Assembly (NCBI GenBank): GCA_963575745.1
Contig: CAUYUJ010000336.1
Location: 248,001 to 312,000 of the forward strand
Direction: 5' to 3'
Origin: Prorocentrum cordatum
Lineage: Eukaryota
Length of the DNA stretch: 64,000 nucleotides
Shown here: piece after piece, positions 10,801-21,570 of the stretch
How the letters are laid out: the number at the start of each line of letters is the position of its first letter
How positions within the stretch are numbered: the stretch's first letter is position 1
Program-made: the position numbers and the translations under genes
Notes under the pieces: generated by a model
Database searches by the model: none
Told to the model about the DNA's origin: nothing
The model's input: only the letters and a program-made list of their open reading frames with translations

Positions 10801-12524
10801 TGCCCTAGGAGGCGCGCGCAAGTTACTTGCGCGCAGTTTGGGGCCCGCTAAGGTCGCGCCCACGCTCGCGAACGGGGAATGGGTGCCAGACGTCTCGAGC
10901 AGGGTATCCGCCCCACGACAGGCGTGAAGATCATCGTGCTTGCCCCTGGCGAGTGCGAAGATTCCGGTGTTGCTTCTCATCCTGGACTTGTTGCGCCCCA
11001 TCCCGCGTCTCCCCCGTCGGTCGCCCAGCCCCCGCCCTTTTCCCCCCCGCCGAGTGTTATTTGTGTGTGCCTCGTGCAGCGGGTGGTGTCCATGAAGGCG
11101 CCGCGGGCGACGCGGTCAGGTGGGGCCCCTTTATGTTCCTCGGCTCGATGCGTTGGCATTTGTCCCGAGCTCTTCCCGAACTGGACCTCTCACTTCCGCT
11201 TCGGCGGTTGCGGGGGGCGCATCGGTTTGCGCCCCCTGTTCATTTCCATCCACCGTACATGTGCCCCAACGTCATGTCACTTGAAGTGCCCCTCTGCCGC
11301 CTCTGTTCCCCATGTCCCTTTAAGTTGTCCCCCATCGTTTCCTCGTCCTCGTTGCAGGGAGTTTCATTGCAGGAACTTCACGCCTGGCTGATCCCCACCC
11401 GCAATTGCACATTGCTCCATAAGAGCGAGGCCACAGCCCAGCGATGCACAACAAAATTGCTTACAACTTGTTTGTTCCACAACACAGGGGGGAGTGGCCC
11501 ACAATTCGGCGCCCCAGGGTAAGAAGGTTCACGACTCGCTGGTCCACGGCGCCGAGGTCCTCCGCTTGGTTGTCCAAGGCAGGAGTTGTATTACATGTGG
11601 TTGGCCTACAGCAGTGGACAAGCCCATAACTGCTCGGTTCACTACAAGGACCACAATTTGTTTGTTCAACAACCTCGGGACGGGTCAGGGCTTGGTTACA
11701 CGTGGCAGGACGGTCCACGCCTTGCTGTTTTTAACAGCCGAACGGGTTCACAACTGCGCGGTCGACGGCAACAAACCCGCAATTTGCTAGCCCACACCAG
11801 CGGGAAGGTCCACACTCTGACGGTCTACAACAAGAAGTTCCACAGTTGGTTGGCCCGCAGCAGCCGAAGGGCCCATACATGCACGGCCCACGAAGGGAAC
11901 ACCTTGCTGTGCTAAACCAGATCGAGGGTCCACAGCGTGGCGGTCCATGGCAGGAAGATCCATGCCAAGATGGTCCTCAGCAGCGAAGTCCACGGTTTGG
12001 TGGCCATCCTGAAGCAGCGCCCGCTCGGCAGTTCGTCGACGATGCTTGGGGGGCACGTGAAATTGGCCCTCGTGCCCTCAGCGCTGGGTTGCGACCTGCG
12101 TGCGGCGCTGGGCATCTTCTGCCCTTTTTCGCAGGAGAGGGCAGGGGCGTCGGGGCACCGCGGACAACGGTGCCCCGCGGCCCCAGAGTCAATTTCCTTA
12201 GCCAGTCGAGGTGATTTCCCAGCATGCGCAGGTTTGCTGTACGCGGCTCCCTGGTGGGTGATGTAAGCAGGTGGTTGGAGTGACCAGAATCCCCATACTA
12301 CAGGCTCGGCAAACATTCCTCCCTTACGCCACACCAGGGTCCCAAGAACAACCGAAAGACAAACGAAACCTTCAGCGCCGCACCCCTCCCGCCTCAGCGG
12401 ACATGTGGTCCAACGCCCCCCCCCTCCAGAAAATTCTAAACGGGCTGGCCCCTGCGGGGGTGGTCTCTGGGGTGATCCACTCCTTGAGTGCGAATTTATT
12501 GAGGAGAGTGGATGGTGGATGGAG

Positions 12525-13070
12525 CCTGGTTTGGGCGATTCTGCTTGGGACGTCCTCAAAGTTTGCCTGGTTTGGGCCCTGGCTGGGCCTGGCTGGGCGG
12601 CGCGCCCCGCCTGAGACGTCTTCAGAATTTGCCTGGTGGAGGCACTGGTTTTGCATGGTTTGGGCATGGTTTCGCTTGAGATGTCGTTGCAAGTTGCCTG
12701 GTTTGGCCCTGGTTTGGCATGGTTTGGGCCTGGTCTCGCCTGAGACGTCCTCACAATTTGCTTGGTTTGGCCCTGGTTTGGCCTGGTTTGGGCCCGGTTG
12801 GCAGTGGTTTGGCCTGGTTCCGGTTTGGTTTCGCTTGAGATGTCCTCGAATTTGTTTGGTTTGGCCTGGTTTGGGCATGGTTTCGCCTGCGACGTTCTCG
12901 CAATGTGCCTGGTTTGGCATTGGTTTGGGCCCAGCTTCGCTTAAGAAGTCCTTGCAATTTGCGTGGTTTGGCCACGGTTTGGCATGGTTTGGGCCCGTTG
13001 TTGCTTGAGACGTCCTGGCAATCGGCTTGGCTTGCGTTGGTGTTCGTCCAGTTTCGCTTGTGACGTCCTC
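12525..13070. repeat. Degenerate minisatellite (GGTTTGGC/GCCTGG, GAGACGTCCTC units)
   Basis: Visible recurring motifs. Confidence 0.8.
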
Positions 13071-13179
13071 ACACAGTGGACGTTTTACGTTGTGCTTGGT
13101 GCAGCGTGTGCCTCGGGGCTTGGGCCGGCCAAGCCGAATCATGGCCTCTCTTGGACCTTGACCTTCTCCCCAGCGAGCT

Positions 13180-14329
13180 GCGCGGAGAAACCTCCGAGAG
13201 GAGAAACGTCGCCGGGCACATTGACGTGCCCAGCCGCGGCGGCACGCACGGGGCCTGCCCGCTCTGCGGCCTTGGGGAAGCCACCACCGAGCACGCATGG
13301 CGTTGGTGCCCCGCCCTCGTCCTAGCATGGGCGCAGGCCAGAGCCCGAGAGCATCCCCACTCCCTGGCCACAGCCATCTGCACCCACGGGACGCACCAAC
13401 GACTTGTCTGCCGCATCCTTCATCAAGCCTCCTACCGCTACTGCTTCAACCAAGACTGCACCCCCCTTGGTGCCCAGGAGGCCGCCAGGCTCATATTGCA
13501 AGGGATCGTGGTCCCCGACTGCGACCAGCAAAGCGACAGCGACGACGACTGGCACGAGGGGCAGCCCCCCCCCCCGAGCCAGCAGAGACATCGGTGTGGG
13601 CCCCAATGCTCACGGCCTGTGACACATGCAACCCGCAGGGTGGGACTGGCCTGCGCGTCAACGGCGCCGCCAGGCCACACATGGGCCGACAAGCCGATCG
13701 AGCCGGCGGGGAGGCCCGCCGCCTCCCTGTTGCGAGTCGGAGCACCTGCTCTGGAGACCGCCTCGCGGTGCTACAGGCGACGGATTCGAGGGCCGCCTGG
13801 ATGATCACATGCCAAGGGTGGTTCCCCTGCCCCCGCACAGACCCTGACCCGTCTGCGTACTGGATCAGGAGATACTGCCGCGCCTGCGACACCCACGCAG
13901 TCACCCTGTGGGCCGGCAGATCCATGGAGCAAGGAGACGAGATTTTCGTGAGCGACTCCAAGTTTCCTTCAGCAGACGCAGCGCAGTGGCCTTACGAGGT
14001 CACGTTCGACGGAGGCGCCAGGAGCATCCTGGGAAGACCCAAGGTTGCCAGCGCAGGGGCCATCCTGTGGAAGCACGACCTCAGCAGCGGACCCCTCAGG
14101 GTGGTCGCTGCAGCGGTGGTCGCCCTCCCTGGAGACGACAGCGCGCAGGCTGCCGAGGCAGCGGGGTGCAGGGCGGGCCTCGCCCTTCTTCCCCACGTGG
14201 ACAGCCCAGTCAGGTGCGCACGGGTTGTAGGCGACAACCTCGCCGCCATACGGTACGGCGCGGGCGCCGGGCGCTACAGGAGGCCCCACCTTGCCCAACA
14301 GATGGACTACGCCCTGCGTCAAGTGACCA
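13180..14329 (+). pseudogene. 3' region of an older LINE ORF2: zf-RVT-like zinc knuckle plus RNase H, interrupted by insertion
   Basis: CPLCGLGEATTEHAWRWC; RNase H motifs VTFDGGAR..AGAILW, AQAAEAAGC and VVGDNLAAI. The domain resumes at 20872. Confidence 0.8.
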
Positions 14330-14409
14330 GAGCAGAGCAGAGCGCCAGAAAACGTCCCGGAAGGACGGCCCTATGAGAGCCCGGCGGGGGCGCCGGAGCG
14401 CCAGAAGGC

Positions 14410-17400
14410 TCATTCGTTGTAGTTGCCGGAGTGGAGGAAGCGACGCATGTAGTCCAAGAAGCCTTCTTCACGAGTATTCCACCATGGTAGGTTCTGGGGC
14501 AACACCCACCATTTAGAATCGTTGTCGGTGTCGACCACGTCATGTAGATAAGATACAATGTCATCATGCCAAAACTTCTTTTGCCCGCCATGTCGGCGAA
14601 AGGCTGGGCGTAGGTCGTGTGTACATGGGTCCCAACTTGCACTCAGTCGCGTCCATCTGTCGTGATCGTGGTTGGCCACACGTGCTGCGAACGCCCATTT
14701 TCGCTTGAAGTATACGTCGGTCCAATCGTCGACTCGTGCTCGTTTGGCGTGTGCCAAAGCGGTGGAGGTACTTCTCCGTATGAAGTGAACCCAAGACTCA
14801 GATCCATCGTCGTTGTCTCCGTCGGTTGCTGTTGTCGGTGCTGGTGTCGGTGTCGGTGTTGGTGCTGGTGCTGTCAGTGTTGGTGCTGTTGTCGGTGCAG
14901 GTGCTATTGTCGGTGTTGGCGCTGTTTTCGATTGGTGCTCGTGCTGGTGCTGGTGCTGTGTTCGGTGTTGGTGCTGGTGCTGTGGTCGGTGCTGGTGCTG
15001 GTGCTGGTGTCGTCGTCGTCGTCGCCGTTGGGTGTTGTTGACGGTCCTGGTGTCGGTGCTGGATTCGGTGTCGTTGACGTCGACACGTGTGCTGTTGTTG
15101 GTGTTGCAGCTGGCGCGTGCTGTCTGTCTGCTTGCTTCCAGCGTGTTCCGTCTTCCCGGCATATTGATGATCAGTCGGAGCATTTTCCGTTGTGTACGTT
15201 GTAGCGTGATGAGCATACCCTTGGTGAGTGTCCACGAAGAGCAACCGTACATAACGCATGGTGTGATCGTGCCGCTGAAGAGTCGGAGTCTGCTGTGCAA
15301 TGGGAGTTTTCTGTTGGTAAGTTCACACCGTAGTGTGTGAAACTTCGACCATCCCGCGGTGATCCTGCTTTTTTCAGCTCATGTCCGTGGAAGTCGTGGA
15401 ACGATAATTTTTTGCCCAAATATTTCGTACTCTGGTCGTTGGGTAGAATGTATATGCGTGCACCATCTAAGACGATGTGCGTAATTGTTCTGCCAGCCCT
15501 CCGGCTGACGTTGGTGAGCATATTGGTCTTGTCGGGGTGAAGTGAGAGTCCACAGCAGGATGCTTTGTTCTTCAAGTCGCGCAATAATCATGTAAGTTGG
15601 CGAAGGTTCGGGGCGTACAGCAGAACGTCGTCTGCGAAGCGTAGGTTCGTGATGCTTGCTTCTTGAGCAAAGCCGAGCTTGATGCCAAACTTTTTGCGTT
15701 GCCAGCCGGGCTTGATTTGTCGGAAGATATGCTCCAGCAGCGCATTGAACAGGAAGGAACTGAGCGGATCTCCCTGCTTCACACCCCGCTGTATGCTAAA
15801 ACTGCGACTGGAGGTGTCAGTGCGGACAGTGGCCGTCTGATCATTGTACATGTGCAGAATGAGGATGATGTACGCTTCGGGAATATGTTGCTGTCGTAGA
15901 GCGTCCCATAGGTGTTTGTGGTCCACGCAGTCGAACGCCTTCTTGAAGTCGATTGCTGACGCCCAGAGCGGTAACTGCCAACAGTGTGATTGCTCGTGCA
16001 GCATTGCCGTCGTGAAGAGGTGGTCATCCGTGCTGAAGCCTCGCCGGAAGCCAGCCTGGTCAGGGCTCTGTTGTGCGTCAAATGTGGCTTCTAGTCGATT
16101 GCAGAGGAGGCGGGACATGAGTTTGTACAGCAGTGGGATGATGGCGATCGGTCTGTAGTTTTGCGGTAGCTTGGGGTCCCCAGATTTGTATATCACCGTT
16201 ATCGTCGTTCTCTTCCATTGTGTGGGTAATGGGTGGTTTGGCTTGATAATGTCGTTGTAAAGCTGAAGTAAGTGTGATTCAATGGCGGTTCCCCCCGCTT
16301 TGAGAAGTTCGGCTGTGAGTCCTGCAGTGTCGCTGCACTCGCCGTTTTTCAGTTGCTTGATTGCGTGTCGGAGCTCTTTTGGTGTGAGTGGTGGTATGCT
16401 CGAGTCTGTTGCCGTGTCGGTGTTGCTAGAAATGTCGCTGTCGTTCTGCGGTGTTTTATAGAGTTGCTCGTAAAAGGTGGCGAAGACGTCTGCGATGCTC
16501 TGTCTGCCAGTTGTTTCGTCGCCGTTTGTGGTTGTCATTGACGCGATCATGTCTTTTTCTCTTGGACGTTTTCGTGCCCGCGATTCTCTTGAGGTCTTTG
16601 AACTGGCACACAATGGTTTCAATCATGGCGTTTTCCCGGACACGCTTGATGGTTCGAAGCTGTTTCAAAATGCTCAGTGTACTCCTGGTGGTTGTGTCGG
16701 CATGCGGTGTGCTGCGCCGTCGGTCAATGAGGTCGCGCAGCTTATTGTTTGATGGGACGTCGTCTTCGTGTGCTTGGTGTCGCGGTGAACTGTCGTGGTA
16801 CTCATGGTAGTCGCCGTGAGCTTGGACAAGGGCTTTGGTGATGTGATTGTTCCTGTCGTCAGTGCTGGCTGCGACGTCGTGGGCGTCGAGTCTGTGCTGT
16901 AGGTAGTGTTGGTACAGTGGATCGGCAGCAGGTGGGCGCGTAGACCGATGATTGGATCGTTTTGTTCGTTTCTTCCGCTTCTTCTCCGGCGTGGCGTCGA
17001 AAACAAGCCTCATACATACCGCTTGATGGTCGGACCTGAGGTCTGGAATAGCTGTTGCAAACGAGTCATGCACCTGGTTGCGACGATATTTGTCGATGAG
17101 TATGTAGTCAATCTGTGTTTGGGTATGGTTTTCCCCATTGCTGGTATAAGGGAAGATGTTGCGATCATGCTTGTAGAACAACGTGTTGGTGATAAGCATC
17201 TTCTGTGAAGTTGTCCATTCTCGTAGCCACGTCCCACGTGTGTTGCACGCTCCGATTCCGTGTGGGCCAATTGTGAGTCTCCGGCCTCTGTTGGCATTCT
17301 CTTCCTCGTCCGCGTTGATGGGGTGTTTGCCAACCTGTGCGTTGAAGTCTCCAGTGATGATTGTGGTGCGCTTCTGCTTGGCGGCTTCGTCGTGGAGCGC

Positions 17401-19545
17401 GGTCAGGACGTCGTACATCTGCTGGACGTGAGCGTCGGGGTACCTGCAGTGTGGGAAATAAGCCGTCGCAACTCTCACCTTGCAGGCGGATGTGTCGAGG
17501 TCGATGTAGGCGATGCGCTCGCTGATGCGTGTGAAGCATGTGATGCTGTGCACGTGCCGTCGGTGGATAAGAAATGCTACGCCTCTTGATGTGGTGGTGT
17601 GGCCCGCTGCCGCAAATACGTGGGAACCCAACTTCCTTGTCCACATCTCTCGTTCTGTCGTCCTCCAAGTTTCATTTATTGCCACGATGTCCCATGCCAT
17701 GGTCTCCAATTCGCAAATCAGCGTGTCGATGGAGTCGTCTGTAGAGAGGCTTCCCGCGTTTTTGTGGATGACGGTGAACTGGAAGCGACTGGAGTCGGCG
17801 CATTGGTTTCCGAGATTTTGTTGAAGCTGTCTTTGCTCTTGTCGCACTGTCAGTCTGGCAGAAGAGCTGGAGTCGGAACCTTCCAACCTGGATGCTGGTG
17901 TCGTGCATCGCCGGCGCAAGATGCATGCTGGGAGGTCGCCAGAAACGTCGCTGTAGGCACGTCTTCCTCCTCCTCTTCCTCTTCCACCTTCCCCACTGTT
18001 GGGTAAGACGTTTGTTTGGGCTGCGCCAGACGTTGTACAGCTGGTTGTTGAAGGCTGGATGTCAGCGTGTTGAGCTGCTGGGAGCTGGAGGTCAATAGGT
18101 AGAGGTGGGAGTGGAGAGTCGAAAGCTGGTCGTCGAGGGTCAGAGTGCACTGGTGGAAGCTGTAGGTCGATAGGTGGAGGCGGGAGTGGAGAGTCGGAGG
18201 CTAGACGTTGAGGGTCGGAGCGATATGGTGGAAGCTGTAGGTCGATGGGCGGAGGTGGGAGTGGAGAGTCGGAAAGTGGACGTTGAGGGTCAGAGTGAAC
18301 TGGTGGAAGCTGTAGGTCAATAGGTGGAGGTGGGGGTGGAGAGTCGAAAGCCAGACGTTGAGGGTCAAAGTGAATTGGTGGAGGCTGTAGGTCGATGGGC
18401 GGAGGTGGGGGTGGAGAGTCGAAAGTTGGACGTTGAGGGTCAGAGTGAACTGGTGGAAGCTGTAGGTCGATAGGTGGAGGTGGGATTGGAGAGTCGAAAG
18501 CTGGATGTTGAGGGCCAGAGTGAACTTTTGGAGGCTGTAGGTCGATGGGCGGAGGTGGGAGTAAAGAATCGAAAGGTGGACGTTGAGGGTAAGAGTGAAC
18601 TGGTGGAAGCTGTAGGTCGATAGGTGGAGGTGGGAGTGGAGAATCGAAAGCTGGATGTTGAGGGTCAGAGCGACCTGGTGGAAGCTGTAGGTCGATGGGT
18701 GGAGGTGGGGGTGGAGAGTCGAAAGTTGGACGTTGAGGGTCAGAGTGAACTGGTGGAAGCTGTAGGTCGATAGGTGGAGGTGGGATTGGAGAGTCGAAAG
18801 CTGGATGTTGAGGGTCTGAGTGAACTGGTGGAAGCTGTAGGTCGATAGGTGGAGGTGGGAGTGGAGAGTCGAAAGCAGGACTGTGAGGGTCAGAGTGAGC
18901 TGATGGAGGCTGTAGGTCGAAGGTTGGAGGTGGAGAGTCGGATGATGGAGGGTGGAGGTCGGAGTGTTGTGCTGGTGTAAGCTTGAGGTCGATAGCCTCG
19001 AGCGCACGGTCACCACCTCCAAAGCCTGTCCCGGAAGAGCTGGTCGCTGGGATACTGTCAGAACCGGTAGGTTTGCCCAAATCCAACGCATCACCTGCAT
19101 AGAAAAATGAGTGGGGAGAAAGTTGTTCCATAGGCGGCCGCTCCACACTGTCGGAACTGGGGTGTGCGGAACTGGGGTTGGGAACAGGAGTCGGCATGAT
19201 GATAATCTCTCTGTCGCGGAAGACGTGCGGAGTCCGAAGCCAGATCGTGCTCTCGACGGTGGAGTCGACGCGGTTGGAGCCTGAGTGATCGTAGTCGGCG
19301 ATGTTAGAGGATGATGAAAATGTAGACGCCGATGGCAAACAAAATTGGGAGAAACGATGTCCGGGGTCGGAGGGCGGAGGTGGAATGCTGGAGCCGAAGG
19401 GATGACGCATTGGAGGGATGCAGGTAGCTTTGCCCCGAAGCCCAGTGACGTCGTCGCGGTAGCTGTAGGTAGGGAAATGTTTGCGTTCGTCGATGGTGTC
19501 GGCTCTGGTGCTGATCCGCGGCTCCACCAGCACCAGCCGGACATC
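14410..19545 (-). pseudogene. LINE ORF2: apurinic endonuclease plus reverse transcriptase
   Basis: EN motifs HKNAGSL, AINETWR, GDFNAQVG, QIDYILID, SDHQAV. RT motifs NYRPIAII, QAGFR, DFKKAFD, GVKQGDPLS, RFADDVLL, KYLG. Lesions: frameshift ~16560, in-frame TGA at 15588-15590, frameshift ~15370. Confidence 0.92.
18080..18960 (-). repeat. 75-bp coding tandem repeat, about 11-12 copies (PIDLQLPPVHSDPQxPxFDSPxPPP)
   Basis: TGTAGGTC recurs every 75 nt (18161, 18236, 18311...) and the frame stays open into the endonuclease. Confidence 0.92.
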
Positions 19546-20655
19546 CTACTTTGACTCCGCTCCCTTTGATCTGCCTTTCGGGTTGCCCTTCATGCCCGTG
19601 GCAGCCCGCGCCAATAGTGTGTCACATGTTTCCGTAAGCTCTTGAAGTTGAGAATGGTTGTGTAATTCGTGCCATGTCTTCCAAGTTTCTGCCCAATCTC
19701 GCTTCAAGCTATTGCCATCTACGGTTATGGTGAGAGCGAGCTCCCCTCCCACATGCACCTGATAAGGATTATCGTCCGTAACTCTGATGGTGTACGGAAG
19801 CTGCATCGTCTCCTTCAGCATGTACTTCACGCCGAAGCAGAAGTTCCGGGTGGCTCGGTCCGTTGGTGCCCGATCTGGTGTAGCCCACACATTTTTGCCA
19901 CCGCATGTCAGTTTCATGCTCCTGATGAGAGCAACTGCCGTGTCGCGGTCCAGCATCGAGTCGAATTCAGCAAACAAAATATGATTCGTGTCGCCTTTTG
20001 TGTAGATGTTGCGTGCGATAGGGCCGTCGTTCGTCCCAAGTTTTCCCTGTATCCATTCTGCGGCTGTGTTGTTCATGTCAAAATTCTCTAGGTTCCCGAA
20101 TACAGCGGTGACCGCGCGTTTTCCGTGGACGTGGTAGGCGGTCGCTGATGCGGTAGTGTTGCCAGGTGGTCTTGGGAACCCTTTCCCACGTACGTTGGCC
20201 ACCTCGCGCTCTAGCTCATTCAGCTTTTCCCCGATCGTGGAAGTCATGCTGGGGGCTGCTTCCAATGTTGCCGGTAAAGGTCTTGAAGTTGCTTGTTTAG
20301 CTTCAACGGCTGCCATACGCGAGGTGAGGTCGTCAATCGATGCTTGTAGTGGTTTCAAGTCTGCGTGCGATACTCCGTGCTTCTTGATCGCGGTAATGAC
20401 GGTCTTGATCGGCTCCAGCTGCTCTTGTAGCATGCGTGACAAAACACCTGCCGTCAAGGGCGTATTGTCCTCAGCTGCGAGACGTTGTTGAAATAATGCC
20501 TGCTGTTGTTTGTTGCCATCGTCCGCACTTCTGACGCCATCTGCGGCAATTCCAGCTGTGCTGTCCAATCCGTCCATCTCGTGCAACGGGCTGTTGATCC
20601 TCTGTTGCTTTGCCTCAGGCCGCGTTGGTGTACTGAGAAGATGACGTTCCGGCAT
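19546..20655 (-). CDS. LINE ORF1, 369 aa, intact (coiled-coil segments followed by a possible RRM-like region)
   Basis: ATG-initiated open frame of normal complexity between the 5'UTR and ORF2; heptad-like LQASIDDLTSRMAAVE and LNELEREV. Confidence 0.8.
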   Translation of the reverse strand: MPERHLLSTPTRPEAKQQRINSPLHEMDGLDSTAGIAADGVRSADDGNKQQQALFQQRLAAEDNTPLTAGVLSRMLQEQLEPIKTVITAIKKHGVSHADLKPLQASIDDLTSRMAAVEAKQATSRPLPATLEAAPSMTSTIGEKLNELEREVANVRGKGFPRPPGNTTASATAYHVHGKRAVTAVFGNLENFDMNNTAAEWIQGKLGTNDGPIARNIYTKGDTNHILFAEFDSMLDRDTAVALIRSMKLTCGGKNVWATPDRAPTDRATRNFCFGVKYMLKETMQLPYTIRVTDDNPYQVHVGGELALTITVDGNSLKRDWAETWKTWHELHNHSQLQELTETCDTLLARAATGMKGNPKGRSKGAESK

Positions 20656-20749
20656 CCCTGCCCAGAGTGGTGATACGAGAAAGCAGCGAGATATTGTAGT
20701 AGCGAGTGTAAGTGAATCGCGCGAAAAGATGATGTGGATTATGTGGAAG

Positions 20750-20830
20750 ACGGGAATGTAAGGGGGTACGGGAATGTAAGGGGGTACGGGAATGTAAGGG
20801 GGTACGGGAATGTAAGGGGGTACGGGAATG
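20750..20830. repeat. 18-bp tandem repeat, about 4.5 copies, in the LINE 5'UTR
   Basis: Perfect ACGGGAATGTAAGGGGGT units. Confidence 0.95.
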
Positions 20831-20844
20831 AAAGGAACAAAGCA

Positions 20845-20865
20845 CTTGAGCCAAAATGGCTACGG
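20845..20865 (-). other. Intact dinoflagellate spliced leader (21 nt perfect) at the LINE 5' terminus
   Basis: Reverse complement reads CCGTAGCCATTTTGGCTCAAG. Confidence 0.97.
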
Positions 20866-20871
20866 GGGGTG

Positions 20872-21010
20872 GACCAACGGGGGGTGGACCCTCACATGGC
20901 AGGCTGCTCGACGGCGAATCAATGAGGCCGCCGACCGACTCGCCACCATTGGGGTCTACTGGGCCGACGTCCTAAGAACCGACGGACACCGCTCGGTTCC
21001 TCCTGCTCCT
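20872..21010 (+). pseudogene. C-terminal remainder of the interrupted RNase H
   Basis: TNGGWTLTWQAARRRINEAADRLAT carries the terminal N..AD.LA motif and is in frame with ...ALRQVT at 14329 once the insertion is removed. Confidence 0.85.
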
Positions 21011-21106
21011 CCTCCTTGGGATGCTATTCCTGAGAGATTCAATTCAGCATCGGTGCTGGCACATCCGTGGTTGAAAGCTGGCCGAATACCACTATGTACG
21101 TCTTAA

Positions 21107-21279
21107 TATCGGGGGCGGCCAAGAGGGGGTTGATAGGGGGGTGGATATCATGGCGGGTGCCATGGCCTCTCCAGATTTTATGGCGCCTCCTCTGATTTCA
21201 TTACGACAGCGGCCCCCCTTGGGCCGCGCAGATGCCGCCGACCATGATTTGCGCCCTCCCCTCTTGGACGCCCCCGATA
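21107..21279. mobile_element. MITE (~170 bp) with ~20-bp TIRs and a probable TA target duplication
   Basis: TA|TCGGGGGCGGCCAAGAGGGG ... CCCCTCTTGGACGCCCCCGA|TA, one mismatch between arms. Confidence 0.8.
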
Positions 21280-21495
21280 ATCCAGCTTAATCGTTCAATT
21301 GGGCTCACTCTGGTTTAATCTGTGCAATTGCTGCTTTATCCGGCTCAGTGGTCCCTTAATCTGGCATAATTGGCCTCATTCGTTCTTACGAATGCCTCTC
21401 AGGAGTTGCTTCCTTCTCCTCCTCCTCCTCCTCCTCCTCTTCCTCCTCGTCCTCTTCGTCCGCTCCCCAATGTGAATCTCTCAATCGGCGCTCAG

Positions 21496-21570
21496 ACCGG
21501 GATCCTCACCACCACGCTGATAGGGCAGCAGGCCGAGCTGTGGGCAGAGGAGCCTGATGGCAGTGCCGAG
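21496..21570 (+). CDS. Channel exon, S5 end and turret
   Basis: CTCAG acceptor; TGILTTTLIGQQAELWAEE... continues S5 in phase 0. The 3' boundary is uncertain (GA or GC donor between ~21549 and 21582). Confidence 0.7.

Larger units (their letters stand above)
14330..20865 (-). mobile_element. Full-length APE-type non-LTR retrotransposon (RTE-like), SL-headed, with two ORFs
   Basis: In order: SL, 189-nt 5'UTR, ORF1, ORF2 (Pro repeat, APE, RT, C-terminal domain), short (CTCTG)n tail. Flanked by GACCA at 14325-14329 and 20872-20876. Confidence 0.93.

Noticed and set aside
18201..19544. 447-aa ORF as an independent gene
   Set aside because: Mostly an alternate-frame read of the 75-bp repeat; only its ATG position is of interest.
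20845..20865. SL RNA gene
   Set aside because: Although GT follows the SL, the sequence runs into a LINE 5'UTR and ORF1 and is bounded by a target duplication; no SL RNA gene array context is seen.
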